Source: Solobacterium sp. (GTDB lineage: Bacteria > Bacillota_I > Bacilli_A > Erysipelotrichales > Erysipelotrichaceae). Taken from it: a stretch of 64,000 nt of DNA. A program made the translations under genes and the position numbers. The stretch covers positions 19,005 to 83,004 of the forward strand of contig JAFWNG010000033.1 in the NCBI GenBank assembly GCA_017510405.1. Reading direction: 5' to 3'. A model generated the notes under the pieces. It was not told where the DNA came from and did no database searches. It worked only from the letters and a program-made list of their open reading frames with translations. Positions 1 through 10,006 of the stretch are shown piece by piece; positions within the stretch are counted from its first letter, which is position 1, and every line of letters begins with the position of its first letter.

Positions 1-2
1 CG

Positions 3-635
3 CTTGCGGATATCGCGACCGAGATCATTCTGGGCAAGAGCCTGAAGGAACAGGGATTCTTCGATCTCTATCCGGATGAAAAGCAGCGTTATTATGTCAA
101 AGTCCCGGTCTTCTCCTTCAGCAAGATCAAGGGACTGGACGCATATCTGTCGCCGGAAATGAAGTCCACCGGTGAAGCGATCGGCTATGACGACCGTCTG
201 AACCGCGCGCTCTACAAGGCGCTGCAGGCATCCAGCATGAAGCTGCGCAACTACGGCACTGTCTTCGCGACGATCGCAGACGACGACAAGGAAGAAGCAC
301 TGCCGCTGATCCGCCGCTTCTATGACCTCGGCTTCAACATCGAAGCGACCAAGGGAACGGCAGAGTTCCTGAAGTCGCACGGCATCCGCACGCATATCCG
401 CAAAAAGATCAGCGAAGATCCGGATGATATCCCGTCCGCGATCCGGGCAGGCTATATCGCCTATGTGATCAATACGCGGAAGATCCAGTCGGCGGACGAA
501 GCCAATGACGGCGCGCATATCCGTATGTGTGCAGTTGAAAACAACACAACGATCTTTACTTCCCTGGATACAGTCAGAGCACTGCTCGACGTACTGGAAG
601 AGATCACGCTCAAGATCTCCACGATCGACGCATAA
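3..635 (+). CDS. carB: Carbamoyl-phosphate synthase large subunit, 3' part (5'-truncated by window edge; MGS domain)
   Basis: Frame open from base 3: VKVPVFSFSKIKGLDAYLSPEMKSTGE, then an MGS-like domain (ATKGT, YVINT). Confidence 0.95.
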   Translation, partial: LADIATEIILGKSLKEQGFFDLYPDEKQRYYVKVPVFSFSKIKGLDAYLSPEMKSTGEAIGYDDRLNRALYKALQASSMKLRNYGTVFATIADDDKEEALPLIRRFYDLGFNIEATKGTAEFLKSHGIRTHIRKKISEDPDDIPSAIRAGYIAYVINTRKIQSADEANDGAHIRMCAVENNTTIFTSLDTVRALLDVLEEITLKISTIDA

Positions 636-640
636 CAGAG

Positions 641-667
641 ACAGCGGCATGAATGCCGCTGTTTTTT
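641..667 (+). terminator. Intrinsic terminator after carB
   Basis: ACAGCGGCA-TGAA-TGCCGCTGT then T-run. Confidence 0.85.
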
Positions 668-704
668 CTCCCCGGGAGAAAAAGAAAACACGGTGGTGAC
701 CGTG

Positions 705-1049
705 TCAGTGAATGAAGAGAAACAGCACGCCTGCCAGGATCAGCAGGAGACATCCCGCCGGCAGCCAGGGATTCCTGGTACTGTGATAATTCTTCGTGAT
801 ATTTTTCAGATACTCCTGATCATTCCGCTTTTCCGCGCGCTTCCGGTCGGCGCGGTACCCGGTATATGCCGCCAGCTGACGGGAAACACCGATCAGACAG
901 ACGATGCACGCACCGACGAACATTCCCCACGGCAGATTCTTCAGAAAGGGCGGATTAATGGCGGCGTACGCAAAGCCGAAGGTCACCCACACAGCCGTTG
1001 TGGCAAGAGAATCCGGCGCCAGAATGTACTTTATGAATTTCCTGAACAT
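705..1049 (-). CDS. Small hypothetical membrane protein (about 3 TM helices)
   Basis: 114-aa ORF with three hydrophobic stretches; divergent from the M42 peptidase. Confidence 0.65.
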   Translation of the reverse strand: MFRKFIKYILAPDSLATTAVWVTFGFAYAAINPPFLKNLPWGMFVGACIVCLIGVSRQLAAYTGYRADRKRAEKRNDQEYLKNITKNYHSTRNPWLPAGCLLLILAGVLFLFIH

Positions 1050-1116
1050 GGCTTTATTTTAACCTATGTCCCATAATTGTAAATACGTATAATGGAAGGG
1101 ACAGGAGTAAAACAGT

Positions 1117-2175
1117 ATGAACGAAATTGAACGGATCATGGCACTATCCGACGCATTCGGACCATCCGGCTTTGAAGATGACGTCGCGGCGATCGTACGC
1201 GCGGAACTGCCGGAATATGAAACCTATACCGATCACATGACCAATGTACGCTGTGAGAAAGAACCGGACAGTGACAAGCCCCGCATCATGCTGGACGCGC
1301 ATCTCGATGAGACCGGTCTGATCGTTCAGGCGGTAAAGCCGAACGGCACACTGCGCTTTCTGCCGCTCGGCGGATGGGCAGCGTCGTCCTTCCCGACCAG
1401 CGCCTTTCAGATCCGCGCCAGAGACGGCAGGCTTGTGCCCGCAGTCGTGGCAAATAAGCCGCCGCACTTCATGAGCAGCGCCGAGCGGGATAAGATCCCG
1501 GAGATCGCGGATATGATCCTGGACTGCGGCAGTGTGTCCCGGGAGGAGACCGTTCAGCAGCTGAAGATCGGCATCGGGTCACCGGCCGTGCCGGACATTG
1601 CCTGCCGGTATGATGAAGACCGCCAGCTGTTCTTCGGCAAGGCATTCGATGACCGAATCGGCGTTGCTTGCGAAATTGAGACGCTGAAGCGGCTCTATGA
1701 CGAGGAACTGCCGTGCAATCTCATGGGAAGCTTCTCGGTGCAGGAAGAAGTAGGGGAACGCGGCGTGCGGGCGAATGCGGCGGCGCTGAAGCCGGACGCA
1801 GTGATCTGCTTTGAAGGCTGTCCCGCCGACGATACGTTCAGCGAAGATTATATGATCCAGGCCGCTCTGCGCAGAGGACCGATGCTGCGGCACATGGACA
1901 GGTCAATGATCACCAACTGGCGCTTCCAGAAGCTGGCGCTGGACACAGCGGCGGAAAACAATATTCCGGTACAGGAATCCGTCCGCTCGGGCGGCGGCCA
2001 GAACGGGGCGGCTGTATATGAAACATTCGGCATTCCCGCCATCGTCATCGGCGTGCCGGTCCGCTACATCCATTCCAGCAACTGCTGGTGTGCTCTGGAG
2101 GACTACGAAGCCGCCGTGGAACTGGCTGTGGAACTGTGCAGAAAGCTTGACCGGAGCACGGTAGAGAGCCTTTGA
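1117..2175 (+). CDS. M42 family metallo-aminopeptidase
   Basis: GPSGFE, DAHLDE, KAFDDRIG, VQEEVG and RYIHS metal-binding motifs; AGGAG RBS. Confidence 0.92.
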   Translation: MNEIERIMALSDAFGPSGFEDDVAAIVRAELPEYETYTDHMTNVRCEKEPDSDKPRIMLDAHLDETGLIVQAVKPNGTLRFLPLGGWAASSFPTSAFQIRARDGRLVPAVVANKPPHFMSSAERDKIPEIADMILDCGSVSREETVQQLKIGIGSPAVPDIACRYDEDRQLFFGKAFDDRIGVACEIETLKRLYDEELPCNLMGSFSVQEEVGERGVRANAAALKPDAVICFEGCPADDTFSEDYMIQAALRRGPMLRHMDRSMITNWRFQKLALDTAAENNIPVQESVRSGGGQNGAAVYETFGIPAIVIGVPVRYIHSSNCWCALEDYEAAVELAVELCRKLDRSTVESL

Positions 2176-2180
2176 GAACA

Positions 2181-2209
2181 TTGTCACAAATATGTTGAAA
2201 TGATATAAT
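2181..2209 (+). promoter_or_regulatory. Sigma-A promoter of the sepF operon
   Basis: TTGTCA-17 bp-TATAAT with TG extension. Confidence 0.75.
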
Positions 2210-2233
2210 AATGAAGATTATGGAGGTTTGATC

Positions 2234-2659
2234 ATGGCTTTTGAAAGACTGAAAAACTTTATCGCTCCGCCGGAGAACGAAGACGGATACGACGAACCCG
2301 AAACAAACGAAGTACAGGAGATCACATACCGCGAAAGCGAAGTGAAACCGGTCAGCACATATGAGTCCAAAAAGACCAATGTCGGAACGATTCCGAACAA
2401 TGCGCAGATGGTTCTGTTTGAACCGAGAAGCTTCGAGGAAGCCGAAGAGATCGCCGTACATCTGAAGAACAGACGCGCCTGCGTCGTCAATCTGCACCGT
2501 CTGCAGAGAGAATATTCCCAGAGAACGATCGACTTCCTGACAGGCGTCGTATTCGCTCTTGACGGAAAGATTCAGAAGATCGGACATAATGTCATCCTGT
2601 GCGCACCGCGCAACGTAGGCATTGACGGATCGATCTCACTGGAAAGTGACGAAGACTGA
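2234..2659 (+). CDS. sepF: Cell division protein SepF
   Basis: FEPRSFEEAEEIA...VVNL...RTIDFLTGVVFALDGKIQKIG; GGAGG RBS 7 nt before ATG 2234. Confidence 0.93.
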   Translation: MAFERLKNFIAPPENEDGYDEPETNEVQEITYRESEVKPVSTYESKKTNVGTIPNNAQMVLFEPRSFEEAEEIAVHLKNRRACVVNLHRLQREYSQRTIDFLTGVVFALDGKIQKIGHNVILCAPRNVGIDGSISLESDED

Positions 2660-3392
2660 AACAGCGGAATATGAGGCGCTTGCGGCACACCTTGCGGATC
2701 TGCAGGAAAAATGCGAACGCTGGCACAGAGCAACTGCCTCATATTTTTTAAATGAAGAAGAGCAGGCGGCGATGCAGAAGATCTTCCCCGCCTCTGCTTT
2801 TGTGCGCTATGACGGCGGCTATCCGGATGCCGGAAAGAAGAAGATCTTCTTTCTCTATGACGAGGAGGATGATCCTTCCGACATTGAATGTCTGACCGCT
2901 TCCTGCGATCAGCGTTTCCGGAAGATCGGTCACCGGGATATCCTCGGTGCGCTGATGCACCTGCAGATCGACCGGCACAGTTTCGGCGACTTCTGGATCG
3001 AGGACGACCGGATCTGGCTGTACACAGCCGGTTCCATGGCGCAGTTTCTGATCGACAACCTGACCCGTATCGGTCAGCTAACGGTTTCCTTTGAACGCAC
3101 GGATGAGCGTCCTTCCCGGCCGGTGAATACGCGCCGGTTTGATGCGGTGGTCGCCAGCGAGCGTCTGGATGCACTGGTGGCGGGCATATGTCACTGTTCG
3201 CGGAAACAGGCGAAAGAAATGATCCGTCAGGGGCTTGTTCAGGTGAATCATACGGTGCTTGAAGAGCCTGATGAAGTGTGCCATAATAACGTTACGATTT
3301 CGATTCGGGGAAACGGACGCTTCATATACAGAGGCATTCTGCGGGAAACACGCAACGGCCGCATATGTGCAGCGTTTGAACAGTTTATCTGA
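2646..3392 (+). CDS. ylmH: YlmH-like S4 RNA-binding protein
   Basis: HRDILGALM, GD, and C-terminal S4 domain (SERLDALV...SR..A...I..G.V.VN); position between sepF and divIVA; GTG start is inferred. Confidence 0.88.
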   Translation: MTKTETAEYEALAAHLADLQEKCERWHRATASYFLNEEEQAAMQKIFPASAFVRYDGGYPDAGKKKIFFLYDEEDDPSDIECLTASCDQRFRKIGHRDILGALMHLQIDRHSFGDFWIEDDRIWLYTAGSMAQFLIDNLTRIGQLTVSFERTDERPSRPVNTRRFDAVVASERLDALVAGICHCSRKQAKEMIRQGLVQVNHTVLEEPDEVCHNNVTISIRGNGRFIYRGILRETRNGRICAAFEQFI

Positions 3393-3403
3393 AGGGAGGC
3401 AGT

Positions 3404-3886
3404 ATGACATCGCAGAGACCGACGTTCCGGGTCATGAAAAACGGTTATGACCGCTTTGCGGTAGACGATGCCATGGAACGCTACGCATCCCGGGTAGATC
3501 AGCTGGAAAAGAAGATCGTACTCTACCAGGATCAGCTGGTGGAAACAACGAAGCAGCTGGAAGAGCTGCGGGAGAAATACCGGGATCTGTCAGATTCCAT
3601 GGATGCCCGCGAAAAGGCGGCGTCCGATATTGCGCGGCTGTCGATCCGTGAAGCAAACGAGATCATACGGACAGCGCAGAGAAACGCTGACGAGATCGTC
3701 CGTGAGGCACTGATCAGTGCCCGGATCATTCTGGTGGATCTCTCGAAATTATATGGAAACGCCGATGACGTCAAAGGAGAACTGGCGGACAAACTGGAAG
3801 AGCTGATGAAGGAACTGGAAAAGTTCCGGCTTCCCCAGATGCCGGATCTCAAATGGCTGGAAGAGGCCGGAAACAAACTGCAGTGA
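3404..3886 (+). CDS. divIVA: DivIVA-domain coiled-coil protein
   Basis: N-terminal F...KNGYD...VD motif then coiled coil; canonical sepF-ylmH-divIVA-ileS synteny. Confidence 0.85.
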   Translation: MTSQRPTFRVMKNGYDRFAVDDAMERYASRVDQLEKKIVLYQDQLVETTKQLEELREKYRDLSDSMDAREKAASDIARLSIREANEIIRTAQRNADEIVREALISARIILVDLSKLYGNADDVKGELADKLEELMKELEKFRLPQMPDLKWLEEAGNKLQ

Positions 3887-3897
3887 TCAGGACATGC

Positions 3898-4077
3898 TGC
3901 GATATGGAGAAACAAAGAGAGTCTGTGGGCGGTGGAAACAGACATGGCACATATCGTAAGATATCACCTGTGAGCAGACGTAATCCCTGCGTTAAAGGGA
4001 ATAAGAGTGCATCCTCCGGGATGAACTAAGGTGGTACCGCGTGACACACGTCCTTAGAAGTAAGGGCGTTTTATTTT
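3898..4077 (+). promoter_or_regulatory. T-box riboswitch (Ile) leader of ileS
   Basis: T-box AAGGTGGTACCGCG at 4028-4041; AGAGA and GGTGGAA stem I motifs; candidate ATC specifier 3963-3965; terminator CGTCCTTA-GAAG-TAAGGGCG-TTTT at 4049-4077. Confidence 0.9.
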
Positions 4078-4095
4078 GTGAGAGGAGAAAACGAT

Positions 4096-6825
4096 ATGGA
4101 CTACAAATCAACACTCCGGATGCCGAAGACAGACTTTGAGATGCGCGGCAATCTGGCAAAAAAGGAACAGGGTATTCTGGAAAACTGGGAAAAGAACGAT
4201 CACTACAATGCGATTATCTCCCGTCATAAAGGACAGAAAGCATTCATCCTGCATGACGGTCCGCCGTATGCAAACGGAAACCTGCATGCCGGCACGGCAA
4301 TGAACCGCGTGATCAAGGATTTCATTGTGCGTTCGCATGCAATGAGCGGCTATTACACACCGTTCTTCCCGGGCTGGGATACGCATGGTCTGCCGATCGA
4401 AAATGCCATCCAGAAACTGGGTGTTGACCGCAAATCCATGTCGCCGGCTGAATTCCGGAAGAAGTGCGAAGAATACGCGCACGGACAGATCGCCACACAG
4501 ATGTCCACAGAAAAGCGTCTGGGACAGATCGCCGACTATGAACATCCGTATGTCACACTGACAAAAGACTTCGAAGCGCGTCAGGTCAGAGCATTTGAAA
4601 AGATGGCTCTGGACGGATTGATCTTCCAGGGACTCAAGCCGATCTACTGGTCGCCTTACAATGAGACGGCTGTTGCGGACTCCGAGATCGTTTACCGCGA
4701 TGTCAAGGATACTACCATTTACCTGGCGTTCCAGGTAGCGGACGGCAAGGGCATCCTGGACAGCGATGACTACTTCGTGATCTGGACAACGACACCGTGG
4801 ACGATCCCGGCTAATGAAGCCGTTTCCCTCAATCCGGATCTGACCTATGCCGAAGTACAGACCGAAAAGGGCAAACTGATCTTCCTCGAATCGATGACCG
4901 ACAAACTGCTCGCAGAGTTCAAGCTGGAAAACCAGGGCGTCCTGCGTACATTCAAGGGAAAAGAACTGGAATTCATCACATATCACCACGTTGTTCTGCC
5001 GAAGGAATGCCCGGTCCTCGTCGGTGACCATGTCACAGACGAAGACGGTACCGGATGCGTACATACCGCCGGCGGCCACGGTCTGGATGACTACTATATC
5101 TGTGCGAAGTACGGTATTGCGCCGATCTGCACCGTTGACGAGCGCGGCTATATGAACGAAGAAGCAGGTCCGGAATGCCAGGGACTGACATTTGAGGACT
5201 GCTCGAAGAAGATCATCACGATGATGAACGAAAAGGGCTTCCTGCTGGCAGTCAATAAGATCGTTCACTCCTATCCGCACGATGACAGACTGAAGAAGAA
5301 GGTCATCTTCCGTGCCGCAAAACAGTGGTTCTGCTCCATCGAGAAGGTGCGTGAAGCTGTTCTGGATCAGATCCAGAACCATGTCACATGGCACAATGAA
5401 TGGGGTCAGATCCGTATGTACAACATGATCAAGGACAGAGGCGACTGGTGCATTTCCAGACAGCGTCTGTGGGGCGTTCCGATCCCGATCTTCTACTGTG
5501 AGGACGGCTCGCCGATCATGGAGAAGGAAGTCTTTGACCATGTCGCGGATCTGTTTGAGGAATACGGCTCCAACGTATGGTTCGAGCGCGAAGCGAAAGA
5601 CCTTCTGCCGGAAGGCTATACGAACGAGAAGTCTCCGAACGGCATCTTCACCAAGGAAACAGATATCATGGACGTCTGGTTCGACTCCGGTTCTTCCTGG
5701 AGCGAACTGGAAGCGCGCGGCGGCGAGTATCCGTGCGACCTGTACTTTGAAGGTTCTGACCAGTACAGAGGATGGTTCAACTCCTCCATGATCGTCGGTA
5801 CTGCGGTAAAGGGCGGCGCTCCGTACCGTGAAGTGCTCTCCCATGGCTATGTCTGCGACTCCAACGGTGAGAAGATGTCCAAGTCGGTCGGCAATGTTGT
5901 CAATCCGATGGATATCATCAATACCAACGGTGCCGACGTATTCCGTCTGTGGGCGATGAACGCGGACTACAAGCAGGATCTGAAGCTTGGTCCGACCAAT
6001 ATCAAGCAGGTCTCCGACCAGTACAGAAAGATCCGCAATACACTGCGCTTCCTGCTCGGCAACATCAATCCGGAAGACTTTGATCCGGCAAAAGACAAGG
6101 TCTCCTACGAGAATCTGGAAAAGGTCGACAAGTACATCATGGTCCGTCTGAATGACGTTGTCGCGGAGTACAGAAAGTCTGTTCTCGAATATGACTACCT
6201 GAATGCCAATAAGGTCCTGATGAACTTCATGGTCAATGAACTGAGTTCCTACTACTGTGATTTCACCAAGGATATCCTGTACTGCGATGAACCGGATGGA
6301 CTGCGCAGAAGACAGGTACAGAGCGTTTACTGGCAGTGCCTCGATGCTCTGGTCAAGATGTGGGCTCCGTTCTTATGCTATACAGCAGAAGAAGTCTGGA
6401 CACACTTCCACAGCAAGGAAGCCGATTCTGTGCACTATACGGAATATCCGGAAGTCAGGGAATACGCGGATGCGGATGAAGTACGTGAAAACGGCAGAAA
6501 ACTGCTGGAGATCCGCAGCGCTGTCCTGAAGGAACTGGAAGAAGCAAGAGCTGCCAAGACGATCGGTACGGCGCAGGAAGCACGTGTTGTCCTGAGCGCA
6601 CCGGCGGAAACGACTGCGCTGATCGACAGTGAATTCGGCAGCCAGACAGCCCAGTGGCTGATCGTTTCCCAGGTGGAACTGGCCGAAGCGGATGACCTGA
6701 AAGCCGATGTCTTCAAGGCGGAAGGCGTCAAGTGCCCGCGCTGCTGGAACTACAGCACAGAAGCGGATGAAAACGGTCTCTGCCCGCGCTGCCACAAAGT
6801 CATGGCAAAGTACGCTGAGAACTGA
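4096..6825 (+). CDS. ileS: Isoleucyl-tRNA synthetase (type 1)
   Basis: LHDGPPYANG, GWDTHGLP, WTTTPWT, DWCISRQR, KMSKS, C-terminal CPRCW...CPRC zinc finger. Confidence 0.98.
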   Translation: MDYKSTLRMPKTDFEMRGNLAKKEQGILENWEKNDHYNAIISRHKGQKAFILHDGPPYANGNLHAGTAMNRVIKDFIVRSHAMSGYYTPFFPGWDTHGLPIENAIQKLGVDRKSMSPAEFRKKCEEYAHGQIATQMSTEKRLGQIADYEHPYVTLTKDFEARQVRAFEKMALDGLIFQGLKPIYWSPYNETAVADSEIVYRDVKDTTIYLAFQVADGKGILDSDDYFVIWTTTPWTIPANEAVSLNPDLTYAEVQTEKGKLIFLESMTDKLLAEFKLENQGVLRTFKGKELEFITYHHVVLPKECPVLVGDHVTDEDGTGCVHTAGGHGLDDYYICAKYGIAPICTVDERGYMNEEAGPECQGLTFEDCSKKIITMMNEKGFLLAVNKIVHSYPHDDRLKKKVIFRAAKQWFCSIEKVREAVLDQIQNHVTWHNEWGQIRMYNMIKDRGDWCISRQRLWGVPIPIFYCEDGSPIMEKEVFDHVADLFEEYGSNVWFEREAKDLLPEGYTNEKSPNGIFTKETDIMDVWFDSGSSWSELEARGGEYPCDLYFEGSDQYRGWFNSSMIVGTAVKGGAPYREVLSHGYVCDSNGEKMSKSVGNVVNPMDIINTNGADVFRLWAMNADYKQDLKLGPTNIKQVSDQYRKIRNTLRFLLGNINPEDFDPAKDKVSYENLEKVDKYIMVRLNDVVAEYRKSVLEYDYLNANKVLMNFMVNELSSYYCDFTKDILYCDEPDGLRRRQVQSVYWQCLDALVKMWAPFLCYTAEEVWTHFHSKEADSVHYTEYPEVREYADADEVRENGRKLLEIRSAVLKELEEARAAKTIGTAQEARVVLSAPAETTALIDSEFGSQTAQWLIVSQVELAEADDLKADVFKAEGVKCPRCWNYSTEADENGLCPRCHKVMAKYAEN

Positions 6826-6837
6826 GAACTGCACAAC

Positions 6838-6864
6838 AGGGGATGCCGAACAGCATCCCTTTTT
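6838..6864 (+). terminator. Intrinsic terminator after ileS
   Basis: GGGATGC-CGAACA-GCATCCC then T-run. Confidence 0.8.
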
Positions 6865-6878
6865 CGAAAGGAGAACGT

Positions 6879-7444
6879 ATGGAGGAAAAAACAGGGTATT
6901 TCTACTTTGTGCGCCACGGTGAATCGAAGTGGAATGTGGAAAACAAGATCTGCGGTGTGACCGATATTCCCCTGACCGAACACGGGATCGAACAGGCGCA
7001 TGCTCTGGCGGAACAGATCCGGGAAGAGGGGCTCCGGATCGATCAGGTCCTCTGTTCGCCGCTTCTGCGGGCAAAGCGCACAGCCGAAGAGATCTGCGCA
7101 GTCAACGGACTGCCGCTGCGGGAGGAAGAACGGCTGAAAGAACAGAACTTCGGCCGCTACGAGTCCACGCCGCGCAACGGGGCGGAATTCCGGACTGCCA
7201 AGGAACATTTCATCGATTCCTATGATGCGGTGAAACGATGCTGAAAACAGCGCACCGCGTCTACAGCCTGCTGGACGAGATCACGTCGCAGAACGATACC
7301 GTGTATCTGCTGGCAGCGCACAACGGCATCTCACGGTTTATCGAATCGTATTTCCGCGATATGACCAACAGTGAGTTCGCCGCGTTCGGCATCGGCAACT
7401 GCGAGATCCGCAGATATGACTATGCCGTGAAGGAAAGTGAATAA
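6879..7444 (+). pseudogene. Histidine phosphatase (phosphoglycerate mutase-like) split by a 1-nt frameshift near 7227
   Basis: RHGES in 6879-7244; the AHNG-containing C-terminal half is in another frame (7238-7444); adding one G at 7227 gives YDGGETMLKTAHRV. Confidence 0.85.
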
Positions 7445-7466
7445 AAAAGCGAAGCTTTCACTTCGC

Positions 7467-8831
7467 TCAGAGTATTTCACCATTGCTGTGTATGACTGCT
7501 TTCAGCCATGCATAGCTTTTTTTCGGGACGCGCTTCATATCGCGCAGGTCATGGTTCGTACGGTTGACGTACACGACGCCGTAGCGCTTGCGCATGTCTC
7601 CCTGGGAACTCAGAATGTCGATCAGTCCCCAGCCGAGATAGCCGAGCACATCCACACCGTCCTCTTCGACAGCTGCCTGCATGGCCCGGATATGATCGCG
7701 GTGGTATTCGATGCGGTAATCGTCTTCGATCGTATGGATGCCGTCCCATTCCTCCTGCACGCCGATGCCGTTTTCGATCGGGAATACCGGCATCCGGTAA
7801 CGGCGGTACATCTTGTTCAACACATCCCGGAAGCCGTCCGGATCGATCTGCCAGTTCCACTCCGTCGCCTGAATATACGGATTGTTTACTGCCCCGTGAT
7901 CCAGCCAGTCATTGACCGGGGCATCTGCCGGGATCTTTTCGGCTGAGATCGTGTTGGAAGCGTAATAGGAGAAACTCAGGAAGTCCTCTTTGTGGGACGC
8001 GATGACGTTCCGCTCCTCTTCCGTTTCACCGGTATCGATCCCGTGCGTGCGGATGAACCGCTCCACCTGGGGCGAACGGTGTCCGAAGGCGAAGGTGTCC
8101 AGCAGATCGGTATTGATGAACTCATCCCACGCGGATGCCGCAAGGATATCTTTCGGGGAACAGGTGCGCGGATAGACTTCGCTGTATGCCAGCATTCCGC
8201 CGATCTTTGCATCGGTCTTCTCATGAATGTAATTACATACGGCACAGTGCGCGTACATGACGTTGTGAGCGATGCGGTACAGTTCTTCCGTGGTGCGTTC
8301 GCCCCTAGTATATCCGGAGATGCGGAACGCTGTGCGCGGCTGACAGTACAGGTTCTGTTCATTGAACGTGATCCACCAGTGAACGCGGTCGCTGTAGCGG
8401 TCAATGACGCACCTGGCAAAGCGCAGGAAGTATTCCACGGTCTTCTTTGACAGGAATCCGTTCTCCGTCTCAGCAAGGTACAGCGGCATATCAAAGTGAT
8501 ACAGGCAGATCATCGGTTCGATCCCGCGGGCGATGAGCGCGTCGATGAAGCGGTCGTAGTAGGCCAGGCCGGCTTCGTTGAACTCGCCGCAGCCATCCTT
8601 CACGCACCGTGACCAGGAGACCTGGAAACGGTACATGTTCATGCCGAGGTCTTTCATGAGATCCAGATCGGTCTCATATTCATGGTAGTTGTCATTGGCG
8701 AAATGCCAGTCGCTGCGGTGCTCGGCCGGCTCGACGATATCGTAGACGGACAGTGACTTGCCGTCTTCGTTCCAGCCGCCTTCCGTCTGCATGCTTGAAA
8801 CGGAGTTGCCCCAGAAGAATCCTTCTTTCAT
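7467..8831 (-). CDS. Glycoside hydrolase family 1 (6-phospho-beta-glucosidase-like)
   Basis: QTEG, YRFQVSWSR, TFNEQN acid/base, IENG nucleophile, KRYG. Confidence 0.95.
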   Translation of the reverse strand: MKEGFFWGNSVSSMQTEGGWNEDGKSLSVYDIVEPAEHRSDWHFANDNYHEYETDLDLMKDLGMNMYRFQVSWSRCVKDGCGEFNEAGLAYYDRFIDALIARGIEPMICLYHFDMPLYLAETENGFLSKKTVEYFLRFARCVIDRYSDRVHWWITFNEQNLYCQPRTAFRISGYTRGERTTEELYRIAHNVMYAHCAVCNYIHEKTDAKIGGMLAYSEVYPRTCSPKDILAASAWDEFINTDLLDTFAFGHRSPQVERFIRTHGIDTGETEEERNVIASHKEDFLSFSYYASNTISAEKIPADAPVNDWLDHGAVNNPYIQATEWNWQIDPDGFRDVLNKMYRRYRMPVFPIENGIGVQEEWDGIHTIEDDYRIEYHRDHIRAMQAAVEEDGVDVLGYLGWGLIDILSSQGDMRKRYGVVYVNRTNHDLRDMKRVPKKSYAWLKAVIHSNGEIL

Positions 8832-8841
8832 CTGCCGTTCC

Positions 8842-9933
8842 TCAGATCTCGATCTTCTTGAACTGTTCCCACGGCAGGTCTTTCTTGCCGAAATGGCCGT
8901 AGTTTGTTGTCGATGCGTAGATCGGACGCTTCAGGTCCAGCTCCTTGATAATATTGGAGACAAGGAAGTCAAAGTTCTTGCGGACGATCTTCTTCAGCTC
9001 CTGATCGGTGAAGCGGGAGGTACCGAAGGACTGTACATAGACGGATGTCGGCTCCGGCTTTCCGATGGCGTAGGATACCTGGATCTGGCACTTGCGGCAC
9101 AGTCCGTTGGCAACGAGGTTGCGGCATACATAGCGTGCGTAATAGGCAGCGGAGCGGTCGACCTTGGTCGGGTCCTTGGAAGAGAAGCAGCCGCCTCCGA
9201 TCGGAGCGTAGCCGCCGTAGCTGTCCACGACGATCTTTCTGCCGGTCGTGCCGGAGTCGCCCCAGCTTCCGCCGATCGTGAAGCTGCCGGACGGATTGAT
9301 CAGATATTTCGTATTCTCGTCGATATACTCAGACGGAATGACCGGCAGGATCACTTTCTCGATGATCAGATCGCGCAGTTCTTCCTGCGTGATATTCTCA
9401 CTGTGGCATGTCGAAACGACAACGGTATCAACACGCTTCAGTACGCCGTCAATGTACTGTGCCGTGACCTGTGTCTTTCCGTCCGGACGAAGCCGGTCAT
9501 CCTGGCGGCGGACTTCCTCCAGCCGCTCGGCAAGACGGTGCGCACAGTCGATCGCAAAGGGCATATACGACGGTGTTTCGTCGCAGGCAAAGCCGAACAT
9601 GATGCCCTGGTCGCCGGCGGAGATCTCGCCGCTGGTAACAGCACTGTTGATCTCCGGAGACTGGCGGTTGACCTTTACGTACACCTTGTAGTCTTCCGTA
9701 TAGCCGATCTTCTTCATCGTATCCAGAGCGATCTGCTCGTAGGGGATGACCGCCTTTGTGCCGGCTTCCCCGTAGATGAGGATGAGATCGTCTTTGATCG
9801 TTGCTTCGACAGCCATATGGCTGTCCGGATCCTGACGCAGCGCTTCATCCAGGATGGAATCCGCGATGAGATCGCATATTTTGTCCGGATGTCCGGATGT
9901 AACGGATTCGGATGTGAAATAGTATTTAGTCAT
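8842..9933 (-). CDS. metK: S-adenosylmethionine synthetase
   Basis: FTSESVTSGHPDK, GAGDQG-like SAGDQG, GDSGTTGRKIVVD, KDPTKVDRSAAY. Confidence 0.97.
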   Translation of the reverse strand: MTKYYFTSESVTSGHPDKICDLIADSILDEALRQDPDSHMAVEATIKDDLILIYGEAGTKAVIPYEQIALDTMKKIGYTEDYKVYVKVNRQSPEINSAVTSGEISAGDQGIMFGFACDETPSYMPFAIDCAHRLAERLEEVRRQDDRLRPDGKTQVTAQYIDGVLKRVDTVVVSTCHSENITQEELRDLIIEKVILPVIPSEYIDENTKYLINPSGSFTIGGSWGDSGTTGRKIVVDSYGGYAPIGGGCFSSKDPTKVDRSAAYYARYVCRNLVANGLCRKCQIQVSYAIGKPEPTSVYVQSFGTSRFTDQELKKIVRKNFDFLVSNIIKELDLKRPIYASTTNYGHFGKKDLPWEQFKKIEI

Positions 9934-10006
9934 AAAATAAAAGCTCCCTTCTGCTGTCTTTACGCATGACACCGAAAGAGAACCGATCGAAAGTATTCTG
10001 TTCTTT

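Noticed and set aside
693-1076. Plus-strand 127-aa ORF
   Set aside because: Antisense to the more protein-like membrane ORF 705-1049 and located after the carB terminator
4108-5844. 578-aa antisense ORF inside ileS (likewise 38381-40678, 28281-29675, 50835-52211 and many others)
   Set aside because: Shadow ORFs on the opposite strand of well-supported genes, expected in high-GC DNA; no motifs or RBS
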